A DNA stretch of 63,207 nucleotides, the filler included, from Stramenopiles sp. TOSAG23-3 (taxonomy: Eukaryota), in assembly GCA_900128585.1 (NCBI GenBank). It is 5 parts of 5 records of this genome, joined end to end, with 100 filler letters (N's around TTAATTAATTAA, not from the genome) between each part and the next. Parts side by side here need not be neighbours in the genome. Positions count along the whole stretch, not along the records: positions 39,505 to 59,054 come from LT642397.1; 4 more parts are not named here. One strand, given 5' to 3'. Positions 39,634 through 49,899 of the stretch are shown piece by piece (the first letter of the stretch is position 1; every line of letters starts with the position of its first letter). The notes under the pieces are model-generated. The model searched no databases. It saw only the letters and a list, made by a program, of their open reading frames with translations, and had not been told where the DNA came from. The position numbers and the translations under genes were made by a program.

Positions 39634-42237
39634 TCATTTCTTCGTGTAAATAATTCTCTCCTGCGATACTGGCTCGATGTTGGCATAATTCGCGCCAGTT
39701 TTATGGTACGGTTTTGTCAAATCGCTATCCTTAAAGGGCACCTTTGGCAAACCCTCGACCCACTTTCGAGGTTTGGCACGCGCCTCCTCTTCGTGTTTGT
39801 TTATTTCACGCGGAGTCATGCTCATAGCTGGGTGGGCGTGCGGACTGGCAGGCAACTGATTTTGCGCCGCGCCGTAAGACGTCAAAAGGCCGTTCTTCAG
39901 GACAGCAGGGTCGTGCGATTTCAAAGGGTCCCTGTTCAAGTTCGACGCGGGGGGCTCTTTGGAGTGGTGATACGGCGACGTTTTGGCCCACAGGTCTGGG
40001 TCGTATGGACGGTTCTCGTATCGTTTTGACTTGTCGAACGCAGGGTGGGTAGGGTCTAAAATTTCATGGGCGTGGTACTCCAGCAGACTTGCCTGCACCA
40101 GTCCCGGTGTCGGGGCCTTCCCTTTCATTCTCCGCTTGCGCTCCTTGACGAAGACGCTGCCAGTTTCTTTTACCGCGGCGCTCAGTGTGAACAGTGCACT
40201 GGAGGTCATGTGCTTGCTCACGCCTATTGTTGACAATGTGTCTTGGTTCAAGTCGAGCTTGAGGCGAAACGTGTGCTCGCTACCGGGCTCCAACACTTTT
40301 TTCTTGTGCTTGTGGGCAATCTTGGCATAAATCTTGCCTTGCCTGGTCGTTTTGTACACGATACGTTTCCCGGTGTAATCGATGGCGAAGGCCAGTCCTG
40401 CAAACGCAACTGTGCGTTTTTCGCTAGGGTGTTTGTTGGTGACGGTTAACGTCACTTCATACGGCGTTTCGCTGCCGATGCTTAGTTGACCTGAAGGGAA
40501 CGACGCCTTGAAGTTGACGTCGCCCTTGCCGTTGGAGTGGCCAAAGAGAGATTTCTTCTTGGCGGCGATTGGCGCCTCGGCGACTTCGGCAAGCGAGACT
40601 GCCGGATCCTGGGGCTTCGCCTCCCGGAGGGGTACGCCTTCCTTGCCCGTGTGGATGTCCAGGCACTTCGGGATATTGCCGGCCGGGGTTGCTTTGCCAG
40701 GATGGCTCGGCTCTGGATATTTGTAGAAATTGGTGATGTCTAATTTACAATTCTTCGACGGGGACGCTTCGTCGTGCTCTTCCGTGTTGCACCCAGGCTT
40801 CGAGGTGACGATCAGCGTGCCCACCGTGTTCATCTCGTCCTCAAACGGGTCGGCGGCGTAAGAATCTTCGTAAACGAACGGTTCATTCGATCCCTGCTTC
40901 CGTACGTACAAGTTGATGTCCGCGTTGGTCTCTGAGATGACGAATTGGTTGTCGTAGCAACCATCTTTGCTTTTCTTCAGCCACTTGACTGGCGCGGGCC
41001 CCATTTGCGAGCGCCCTTGGCTATCCTCCTGTGGTGTGGCATCCACCGCGTTCCATCCCCTTGGGCTCCTTGTAAGGTCGGGTCGGCGGATCCACATTTG
41101 GTTCCAGACATGGAATCCCCACACGCTATCGCCGTGCCCGACACCAGAGCCCTTTTCCGGCTCTACCGGCAAGTAAATGCCCTCTGGGGTTGACTCGAAG
41201 AATTTGCTGATCGCTCGGTCTCCGTTAACGTCGTGCGCGCTCTGGAAGGTCGTCACCACGCTCGTCGGGATACCAAGCGATCGGCCAATCGTGGCCGTCA
41301 CGCCGGCAAAGACAAAGCATTGGCAGTACTGCACGTTGGTGTGACGCTCCTTTTCTGCCACGAGTGCCATGTACTGTTCTAGCAGCTGCGATGACCCCTT
41401 GAAGTTCCCTGGGTCCTGGCACTTTCGCATCCACGACTTTTTGTCTTTCGAACACTTGTACTGATAATTCCGGTCGTTGTTTTCTTCGTAGTCTCCTGCG
41501 CCCCACCTGCCGTAGCAAACCTCGTTGTTGATGGCGAACGTCAAGTGCCGCGCGATGACGTGGGGTTGACTGCGCTGCTCCAGTGTCAAGTGCCGCAGCA
41601 GGTGTAGCGCTGCCATAAGGTTGAGCCCACGGCCCGGGTCCAAGTCCCATACGTGCCCTTTGTGGTCGTCGCTGTTCCCTTGAAAAATCATCGTCTTGTC
41701 GTCCAACACGAAGTCGCGCCCCAAGTTGACCTTTTTGCTGCCGGTCCCTACGGGGCCCCGGGAGTCGAACGGGTTGAAGAGAAGGATGAACTCTGCTTCC
41801 TCGTCGCCCGCTTTCATTATGTACGCCCCGATCGCCGCATCTTTGTCCGACTTGATGGTCACGTCCCCATTGGCGGACCTATCAATTTTCCAGTTCGTTA
41901 CTGCCGTCTCCTTCTTCACGCCGCACTCGCCCAGACCTCTCACCGAACCTTTCAGCAGACCGCACTCTTGGAAAAATATTTGAACCTGATCGGTGGGCAA
42001 ATAATCCGACCGCCAATCCTTGACCGTGAAGGGTTTTCCACGCCGCACAATGAGACGGTTCTTTCCGAGCTTTGGAAGTTTGTCGTACGATTTGTCTTCC
42101 GTCACCAGCGGTTTGTCCCTCAAGTGGTCGGTGGCGTGCTTTTCGTTATTGGACGACGCCAACAGGTCCAAACTACCTGCACGGCAGCAGACACCTCCAA
42201 ACGTTGCAAAACAAAGAAATATCACAAATGCTTTCAT
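39634..42237 (-). CDS. Secreted animal-type transglutaminase (protein-glutamine gamma-glutamyltransferase)
   Basis: Signal peptide; LIVRRGKPF; FILLFNPF; YCQCFVFAGV (Cys), SAHD, SVWGFHVWNQMWIRRPDL (His), GWNAVDATPQE (Asp), MGPAPV; C-terminal beta-barrel-like region. Confidence 0.9.
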   Translation of the reverse strand: MKAFVIFLCFATFGGVCCRAGSLDLLASSNNEKHATDHLRDKPLVTEDKSYDKLPKLGKNRLIVRRGKPFTVKDWRSDYLPTDQVQIFFQECGLLKGSVRGLGECGVKKETAVTNWKIDRSANGDVTIKSDKDAAIGAYIMKAGDEEAEFILLFNPFDSRGPVGTGSKKVNLGRDFVLDDKTMIFQGNSDDHKGHVWDLDPGRGLNLMAALHLLRHLTLEQRSQPHVIARHLTFAINNEVCYGRWGAGDYEENNDRNYQYKCSKDKKSWMRKCQDPGNFKGSSQLLEQYMALVAEKERHTNVQYCQCFVFAGVTATIGRSLGIPTSVVTTFQSAHDVNGDRAISKFFESTPEGIYLPVEPEKGSGVGHGDSVWGFHVWNQMWIRRPDLTRSPRGWNAVDATPQEDSQGRSQMGPAPVKWLKKSKDGCYDNQFVISETNADINLYVRKQGSNEPFVYEDSYAADPFEDEMNTVGTLIVTSKPGCNTEEHDEASPSKNCKLDITNFYKYPEPSHPGKATPAGNIPKCLDIHTGKEGVPLREAKPQDPAVSLAEVAEAPIAAKKKSLFGHSNGKGDVNFKASFPSGQLSIGSETPYEVTLTVTNKHPSEKRTVAFAGLAFAIDYTGKRIVYKTTRQGKIYAKIAHKHKKKVLEPGSEHTFRLKLDLNQDTLSTIGVSKHMTSSALFTLSAAVKETGSVFVKERKRRMKGKAPTPGLVQASLLEYHAHEILDPTHPAFDKSKRYENRPYDPDLWAKTSPYHHSKEPPASNLNRDPLKSHDPAVLKNGLLTSYGAAQNQLPASPHAHPAMSMTPREINKHEEEARAKPRKWVEGLPKVPFKDSDLTKPYHKTGANYANIEPVSQERIIYTKK

Positions 42238-43418
42238 TGTTCCTAAGCTCGCCTAACTTCCTTGGCCTAACTTCCCTTTTAACGTTCGTCGTAATGAAAC
42301 CGTTACGCCCGTTTCCCTTTCGTTTTTATAAGAGTGTACATTCCCTCCACACTTACACTTACAGTTTACTCCCAGAAACAAACAGATAAAATAATGTAGT
42401 AGTATAATATTATTATTTTATTAATAATTATTTTATTATATTATTATTATTAATTTTTTTACATCCAAATCTGTCATATTATAATATTATTAAGTACGAC
42501 TAAAATATCCAAATTACATTCAATAGTATGTAATATCTTAGTATATATAAATACACGACCTATCTGAAGGAAACAAAGGAATCCTTTTTTGTTTTGTTTT
42601 TTAATTAGGTACCGTATACCGAGGAGGAGAATGGAATATCAGATCCCCCCCCCCCCTCTTCTTCTCTTTTCTTCTCTTCTCTTCTTTTCTCTTCTTTTCT
42701 TCTTTTATCTTCTCTTCTTCTTTCTTTTCTTCTCTTCTTTTATCTTCTTTTCTTTTATCTTCTTTTCTCTTCTTCTCTCTTCTTCTCTCTTCTCTTCTCT
42801 TCGCTAAAAAAGAAAAGTAAATCCATTATTATTATTATTATATTCTATATAATATATATATATTTAAGGCATCATATTTGTTTTGATTAATTCTATTATT
42901 ATTATTATATAATTTAACATGTTTATTTATTATTACCTTCGTCTTATTCTTGAAGTATTAATTCCTTAAATGAAATTCAGTTGTAGTAGTAGTATATTAT
43001 AAAATATATAATAATACAGCAGTACAGCAGTATAATAAAATAATAATATAATTATTATTAATAATAATAATAATAATAAAATACTTGTATTTACTGTAGT
43101 ACAGTAGTAGTATCTTTAGTAGTACCAGGTAGTAGCATTATTATTTTTATTATTTTTTTTTTTTTACACTCCTCTTCTCCTCTTCTTCTTCTTCTTGTAG
43201 TATTTTTTTTTAAATAATAATAATAAATAATTATTAATTTTATTGAAAGTTGAAATAATATGAAATTATTTATTGATCAATTCAATTAATGGTAATTGGA
43301 GAATAATTCAATTTGACCCTTATTCTTGTACAAACAAACAACAGACAAGCAATCGCGAAGCGCAGAGGGAAAAAGAGGAAAACAACGGGATAGAATCCAT
43401 GGAACTATATATAGACGG

Positions 43419-45836
43419 ATGTCGAAGCACGGCGTTGTTGACCTGACGGAGTCCCCGGGGAAGGGGACAGGGGCAGGGGCGTCCTTGTCCGCGTCAGTCG
43501 AAGTGCCCCGGCCGCTGAAGCGTCAAAGGAGGGAGGCGGAAAGTGGTGGTAGGGAATGTGGTGCATGGTCCATGTCTACTCAGAAGGTATGGTTGAACCA
43601 ATCAGCAGAGCAGCCATGTGGGAAGACGTCCGTGGCAACAGCGGTCCTGTTCACTGATAGGAAGTTTCTGGCAGCCCCGTCTTCTATAGACGGGAGGAAC
43701 GGCGCACGGTCGTCGTCGAAAGCCTTCGCAAAGCCACCGAAGTGCCTCTGCAAGATTGAGGCGAGGGCAAAACGTGTGAATAAAGAAGGCCCCACTCAAG
43801 GACGGTATTTTTATGGGTGCACAAAGCCCTCCAAGTCCAGGTGCAAGTTTTTCCAGTGGGCAAAGGGAGAGCCGCACACCAAGGAGGCCCTCTCGTCGCA
43901 GTGGTTGCGTTTTTGTTCGCCCCAGTTCTGCCTCTCGAGCAAAACGCAGGGCGTCTGTGCAGCAGGCGCAGGCCGCAGGCAAATGCTGACGTTCTCCCCG
44001 AGCGACATTATTCAAGGTGGCGTTGGTGACTGCTGGTTCATTTCCGCTGCAGCTGTCGTTGCAGAACGGCAGGACTTAATTTCCAGGATCTTTTCAAAGC
44101 ACCTGTACAATTCCAATATTCCCACCAACGGCAAGCTGGACGTGCAGCTTTGCATCGATGGAAAATGGACCAGCGTCGTCGTCGACACGTTTTTACCGGT
44201 CAAGACAATAGAGTCGAAGACGGCCGCAAAGCAGCGATCCGCACTGGAGCAGTTTGGGATGCAGTTCGCTGCGACGTATGCTAAGCCGGGGGCCGGGAAC
44301 TCGTTGTGGGTCGCGTATTTGGAAAAGGCATACGCGAAAGCGTGCGGGAGTTACCAGGCGATCAGCGGGGGCGAGATCGTAGAGGCGATGGGGGTGCTCT
44401 GCGGCTGCCCAACGGAGGTAATATGTTTGAACGGCCCAACGTTCGATAGTGAGGTTGTTTGGGCACGGATGCTATCGTTCCTGTCGTCCGGGTTTCCCAT
44501 GGGTTGCGGAACGGCCTCGAGCGGGGAGGGCGTAGTTGGAGGCCATGCCTACTCAATATTGGACGTCAGGGAAGTGGCAGGTGTGAAACCAAGCCGACAG
44601 CGAACAATGAAGGAATTTTTCGGTGGCAGCAGCAGCAGCAGCGCGGGCGCCAAACCGCCGCCCTCTGAACACCTGTCGCACGAGGGCACGTTGCGGGTCA
44701 TGAAGATCCGAAACCCATGGGGAAAAAAGGAGTGGAAGGGGGCTTTTGGTGCAAAATCGGAGGTTTGGACGCAGGAGCTGCGGGACTTGCTGGGCCAGAG
44801 CGACAAGAACGACGGCCAGTTCTGGATGACGTACCAGGATTTTCAGCGACGGTTTGTCAACATAGACGTTGCAAAAATACACAAAGATTGGTTTGAAGCG
44901 GACTATGAAATTGACGATTCAGGCAGCAACGAAACTGGTGTGCTTTCGAAGCAAGTGGTTCAACTTCGAGTGTTCGAACCGACGTGGGTGCAGCTCTGCC
45001 TGTTTCTTCCCCTCAAACGAGGGAAAGTGGGGGATTACTCGGACGGCACTATATTGGTGATGAAGCGGAGGGCTGCGATGCACCAGCCCATCGAACTGGT
45101 CCAGCACCGGTTTAACTCGTACTGCCGTTGCGACCAAATAGAATTCGTCGCCGACGATACCAGCGCCACGTACGAAGTGTGCTTTATGAATTTTGGAGGA
45201 CACCCCACGCCGTCCGGGCAGGTACTGCCGAACCACGTCTTTCGCATTTTCAGCGCAAAACCGGTGTTTACAAAAGCAAGGCAGCTGTCCGTGCTGCAGC
45301 TGCAAGAGTACATTGCTTGCGTCCGTGGTTTTTTTCATCGGACTATCGTTTCGCGCCAGAGCAGGCCGGGTCTGGTGGGCCTCACGGAGGAGAAGCATTT
45401 TCAAAGGATTTTGAACGAGGAGGTATGTGTGAACCTGTGGTATTGCCGTGGAATATTTGTTATCGCTGTCACAAATCTTGGGACTTCGGAGCGGTGCATC
45501 TCGTTTCCAACCATCGATGGCGTAAAAGGTATCACAAAGGTCCACCCAAACGCGACCATGGGCGACGATGGTCGCTACCGTCTTGGGCTGAAACCGTTCG
45601 GCAAATCGCTGGTAGTCTGCGGTGCAGCCACGGAAGAGTACTCGATTGAGAAAGGCGGGGTTTTATTCTTGTACTTGCACCAAGGCTTCCGTGCAGTAGC
45701 TGCAAAGCCAGCGCCCGGCGGGGCGGCGACCAACTACGTTCACATACTCGATACTATGGAATCGATCTGCAACAACCCGTATATGTCGAAAAAACTTGAA
45801 ACTGTTGGACTGTTTCAATTTGTTGGTTTGTTCTGA
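43419..45836 (+). CDS. GRF zinc finger-calpain (CysPc) protease
   Basis: GRF finger PKCLC..VNKEGPTQGRYFYGC..CKFFQW; catalytic QGGVGDCWF, GHAYSIL, IRNPWG; W.AYLEKAYAK; NDGQFWM; calpain-III-like C-terminus. ATG at 43419. Confidence 0.9.
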   Translation: MSKHGVVDLTESPGKGTGAGASLSASVEVPRPLKRQRREAESGGRECGAWSMSTQKVWLNQSAEQPCGKTSVATAVLFTDRKFLAAPSSIDGRNGARSSSKAFAKPPKCLCKIEARAKRVNKEGPTQGRYFYGCTKPSKSRCKFFQWAKGEPHTKEALSSQWLRFCSPQFCLSSKTQGVCAAGAGRRQMLTFSPSDIIQGGVGDCWFISAAAVVAERQDLISRIFSKHLYNSNIPTNGKLDVQLCIDGKWTSVVVDTFLPVKTIESKTAAKQRSALEQFGMQFAATYAKPGAGNSLWVAYLEKAYAKACGSYQAISGGEIVEAMGVLCGCPTEVICLNGPTFDSEVVWARMLSFLSSGFPMGCGTASSGEGVVGGHAYSILDVREVAGVKPSRQRTMKEFFGGSSSSSAGAKPPPSEHLSHEGTLRVMKIRNPWGKKEWKGAFGAKSEVWTQELRDLLGQSDKNDGQFWMTYQDFQRRFVNIDVAKIHKDWFEADYEIDDSGSNETGVLSKQVVQLRVFEPTWVQLCLFLPLKRGKVGDYSDGTILVMKRRAAMHQPIELVQHRFNSYCRCDQIEFVADDTSATYEVCFMNFGGHPTPSGQVLPNHVFRIFSAKPVFTKARQLSVLQLQEYIACVRGFFHRTIVSRQSRPGLVGLTEEKHFQRILNEEVCVNLWYCRGIFVIAVTNLGTSERCISFPTIDGVKGITKVHPNATMGDDGRYRLGLKPFGKSLVVCGAATEEYSIEKGGVLFLYLHQGFRAVAAKPAPGGAATNYVHILDTMESICNNPYMSKKLETVGLFQFVGLF

Positions 45837-45900
45837 AGGCAAAATCTGAGATTTTAAACGAAAAAGATACGCGCTGAGGCCATACTTGTATATAAAATAA

Positions 45901-45961
45901 AAAAATTATATTGTATTGTTTTAAGACTCTCATTTTAAATCAATTACTATTGCAGTTCCAA
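45901..45961 (+). repeat. Dispersed ~60-nt element, core TTTTAAGACTCTCATTTTAAATCAATTACTA (copy 1)
   Basis: Near-identical to 63123-63182. Confidence 0.8.
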
Positions 45962-46787
45962 TTACGAATAATAGAATTCAACGCTATAATAATCTATAAA
46001 ATTTGACAATCCTGTAGTAGTACCAGGTAGAACGTAAAACGGCAGCAAGTCGATGGAATATATATTCTCTAGTTTAGTATTTTAATAATAAACATATACA
46101 TATACATAGCATTTAAAACGAATTAGGCCAATCACAGATATAAGCCTCCTCTCCTCCTCCTTCTTCTTCTTTCTTCTTTCTTCTTCTATTCCTCCTCCTT
46201 CTTTTTCTTTCTTCATTCTTCTTCTTCTTTTTCTTCAACACACAACAGCGCTGGTGGTGGTGTGGTTAGGAAGAACAAGAAGAGAAGAAGGACGTATGAA
46301 GGAAGAAGAGATAGAAGATATAGAAGAAGAAGTAAAAAAAAAAATTATTTATATATTAATAATTATTAATAATATAATAATAATTAATTCTTCTTCTTCG
46401 ACTGGTTCGTTCATCGGCGGTACGTACTTTATATTATACTTGGTACTACACTTTGATTTCACAACACAGTAATTAATTAAATGGTTCCTTTCAAGCAAAA
46501 TGAATGAATTGAAATGGGAACAATTTCAAGCGGTAGGTAGTATCATTACATACCGAATGCTGGTCGTTGTTACTTTCTTACTTTCTTTCCTTTGTTCCTT
46601 CGCTCGTTGTTGTTGAATTCGTTCTATCTTCTTGTTTTGCCGTTGGTGTAGTATTTGGATATACGACACCGTTTTTGGCGTCTGGGGTAGTATAGAAAAA
46701 GAAGGATATCGCATATAACCATATTGGTATTTGTAGTTGCCAGTTTGTTGTATTTTTGAAGCGATTCATTTTTGAGAATTCGGGATC

Positions 46788-49433
46788 ATGTCTACTCAGG
46801 ACGATGATGTACCTACCGACGTAGAAGAGCTGAGGAAGTTGGTTCTGATGCTTCAGAAGCAGTTGGCGGCCGTGGGCGTAGACCCAACCGCTGCAGCGAT
46901 CTCACTCGACGAGGCCAAAGAGCAACTGGGCGCTGCACTTAACCGGTTGATGGGCGGGGACATGTCTGCCCAAGCGGAGTACGACAAATGGGACCGGTTG
47001 GTGTCGTGCCACCCTGAGCACTTGGAAGAGCAGGAACGCCTAGAGCAAGAGTGGGAGGACAACATAAAATCAGAGTGCCAAGAAGCACTGGTGACTATGC
47101 AAGGAATAGTCCCGAAAAACATCAAAGACATTAGCTTGGCAGAGCTTGGAGACTTACCCGGCATGCACAAATCACTTGCAAAGCGCATTTCGCGCAAAAG
47201 AGCGCTGTGGCTGCTGCACACTCCGCCGGCCGATATCGCAAAGTTCCATGCCGCCGACTTGATGATAAAGTACACGGTGAATGGCCTCGACTTTCGGGAG
47301 TTAAAGGCCCTGTACGCGGTGGTTCCAGAAGAGATGGAGAACGATGGGGACGGGAGAAAGGCGGAGTGGCGAGAACAGCTTCGGGAAAAGGTCAAAGAAT
47401 TTAGCAACAAGCACGCCAATGGAAAACTAGAGCCGAGGAACACGATCAGCCCAGACTACTCAGAAAAGAAGAAAACCTCCCGGCGGAATTCCACCGGGTC
47501 GTTCTCAAGGAAGTCGGGCGGACTCTTGGGAGGGAACAAAAATTTAATGGCTTCTATTTTGGAGCAAAAGTTGAAACTAAAAGGTCCCGGGGGTGGAGGG
47601 AAGATTAAAAACAAGAAACTTGGCGGGATAGCCGCGTCATTGGAAGGGAAATTGTTCAAAGGGGGAAAGGGGCCAAAAATAAGTGGGAAATTGGGAGGGA
47701 TTGCGTCCGCACTGGAAGGAAAGCTGTTCAAACATGGCACCCCTCCGTCAGCGACGAAAAAGAAAAAAATGAAAGGCAAATTAGGAGGGATTGCAGCTTC
47801 TTTGGAAGGCCAACTATTTAAAGGAAAACCCTTGGGGAAAGCGCGCCGATCGTCAATGTCGATGATGGCTACCCCAGAGATCAAAGTTAAGCGACAGAGT
47901 CGACCTAAAAGTGAGAAAATGAAAGCGCTCTCCGCTAACCTGGAAGGGACGTTGTTTAAGAAAGGAAAGCCGTTCGCACCAACACAGAAAAAGGAAACAA
48001 CTCGCACAAGCCCGTCGCGGAAGCGGGCGAAAAAGCAAGACTTGGCAGGGATGCTGGTGCGAAGGCTGGCATCGGTGCAAGCAGCATTGGAGAAAGTAGA
48101 AAAGAAAACTAAATCGCCAAAGAAACTGAGTGTGAAGTCATCGAATTCTTGGATCAAGAGCAAGGGGAGTGGTGACATGCCGGCCGTCGTCGACACTTCC
48201 GAGGGGGACAACGATAAAGAGAACAACGTCGATCCTCGCCCGGTTGTATTGATAAAGTCACAAAAGAATGTACATAAGGGGGTTACCGTGGAACCGCCTA
48301 GCCCTAAAGCACTACCAACACGCGCACCGAACTTGCAGACTACGGCAAAAGCTGATGCGGCAGAATCTGAAACAAAGGCCCGGGCACAGTCAGACCTCGA
48401 CTGCGGGGGGACTCCGGACATTCCCACGCCCACCGAGGTACCTCAACCACAGCCGTCGGGGGTAGAAGGACCGCGAGAAGAAACGGATCTAGGGAGCACG
48501 GGCGTCGTGGTTTCAGAAAACAAGGAAATTACGAGCCCGGGAAACCCGTCCGCTGAGCTGGACGTGGCGACGAAAGAGGGAGAAAAGCCGCAACGTGCCG
48601 AGACCGAGATACCCGAGAAGAAACCAGAAGAGGCCTCAACAAAACCGGAACAAAGCGTAATCAGAGGGGACGGTATCGTTTTGTCCAAAGGAATAGTTAT
48701 TTTAGCCACACTTTTTATTTTTCTGTGCGCCGGAGTAACCGCGCATTTTGCTTTTAATAGATTCAACCCTCATGGGCATTACAAGTCAGTCGTGTGGAGC
48801 TCGCCAAAATGCAAAAGCGAAGTATTTGTGCCCGAAGGGGTGACAGACATCCCAGATATGGCTTTGTTTGGGTGCACTTCGATAACAACGTTGCACTTGC
48901 CGAGCACGCTGAAAAAAATAGGGAAAAACGCTTTCAATGGTTGCACAAACCTGCAAAAAATCGAAAATGTTCCCCGGCAACTAAATTTTATTGGGGACAA
49001 TGCTTTTAAGAGTTGCAATGGACTGACAGAAGTCAGGTTGCCCAAGAAAGTGAAGGTTGGGACGGATGCATTTCATGGTTGCACTAACTTGATTTTGCGT
49101 GCGCAAGAAGATGGCCAAATGGAGAATGGCCAGAACAACAAAGAATCATCCAACGCCAATTACGTGTTGAGTAGCACACGCACGCCCATGTTGCCGCAGC
49201 AAATGCACAAAATCGCGAGAACATGCAAAGCAAAGGGGGGATATGGGTCTGGCTGCGTGTATACGTCCGCGGGGGTAGTGCAAACGGTAGACGGCGTGTC
49301 CTCCCCACCTATCCCCGAAGATAAGAAGCCAACTGCGGAACAAGTTGCGGCTGCCGCAAAGGCTAGGCGGGAACAAAACAAACGTTCAAAATACAAGCAG
49401 TGGCAAGAGGAAAGAAAGAAAGGAAAAAAGTAA
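46788..49433 (+). CDS. Single-pass membrane protein: helical N-terminal domain, LGGIAASLEGKLFK repeats, C-terminal BspA-type (LRR_5) repeats
   Basis: TM helix GIVILATLFIFLCAGVTAHFAF; VPEGVTDIPDMALFGCTSITTLHLPSTLKKIGKNAFNGCTNL repeats. Confidence 0.7.
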   Translation: MSTQDDDVPTDVEELRKLVLMLQKQLAAVGVDPTAAAISLDEAKEQLGAALNRLMGGDMSAQAEYDKWDRLVSCHPEHLEEQERLEQEWEDNIKSECQEALVTMQGIVPKNIKDISLAELGDLPGMHKSLAKRISRKRALWLLHTPPADIAKFHAADLMIKYTVNGLDFRELKALYAVVPEEMENDGDGRKAEWREQLREKVKEFSNKHANGKLEPRNTISPDYSEKKKTSRRNSTGSFSRKSGGLLGGNKNLMASILEQKLKLKGPGGGGKIKNKKLGGIAASLEGKLFKGGKGPKISGKLGGIASALEGKLFKHGTPPSATKKKKMKGKLGGIAASLEGQLFKGKPLGKARRSSMSMMATPEIKVKRQSRPKSEKMKALSANLEGTLFKKGKPFAPTQKKETTRTSPSRKRAKKQDLAGMLVRRLASVQAALEKVEKKTKSPKKLSVKSSNSWIKSKGSGDMPAVVDTSEGDNDKENNVDPRPVVLIKSQKNVHKGVTVEPPSPKALPTRAPNLQTTAKADAAESETKARAQSDLDCGGTPDIPTPTEVPQPQPSGVEGPREETDLGSTGVVVSENKEITSPGNPSAELDVATKEGEKPQRAETEIPEKKPEEASTKPEQSVIRGDGIVLSKGIVILATLFIFLCAGVTAHFAFNRFNPHGHYKSVVWSSPKCKSEVFVPEGVTDIPDMALFGCTSITTLHLPSTLKKIGKNAFNGCTNLQKIENVPRQLNFIGDNAFKSCNGLTEVRLPKKVKVGTDAFHGCTNLILRAQEDGQMENGQNNKESSNANYVLSSTRTPMLPQQMHKIARTCKAKGGYGSGCVYTSAGVVQTVDGVSSPPIPEDKKPTAEQVAAAAKARREQNKRSKYKQWQEERKKGKK

Positions 49434-49899
49434 GGGAAGAAAGCTCGACAGGAGTTTAATGGAAAACGTTCTCGGTGGGAGCATATTTGCATTATGTATG
49501 TATATAAATTTTGCCTATGTAACCAACAACAACCAAATGTTAATGAAAAAATAGCAAGCCGCGACGAAAAGGTGTTGTTGTTTGATTTTTATAATTTTCG
49601 CCGTCTCCCCTACTACGTACCTGCTATTAACAATAATAGAAAGAAAAAAAAATGCCCAATCAATCCCTACACTCCTCTCCTCCTCCTCCCGCCTCCTCCC
49701 GCCCGCCGATGGATTTTTATTCGAACGGCGCAATCGATCATCGGTGGACGGAGAAGACAGCGATATCAACTTTCTCGAAACATTTATTTTCTGAAATGAA
49801 TATCTTTTTCGGAACACGTCACTAGGGCAAGCAAGCACGAGTTTTAGTTATTTACCCGTAAAGGAACTGTTCAGACCGCGTGATGCCTACTGGTACTTG

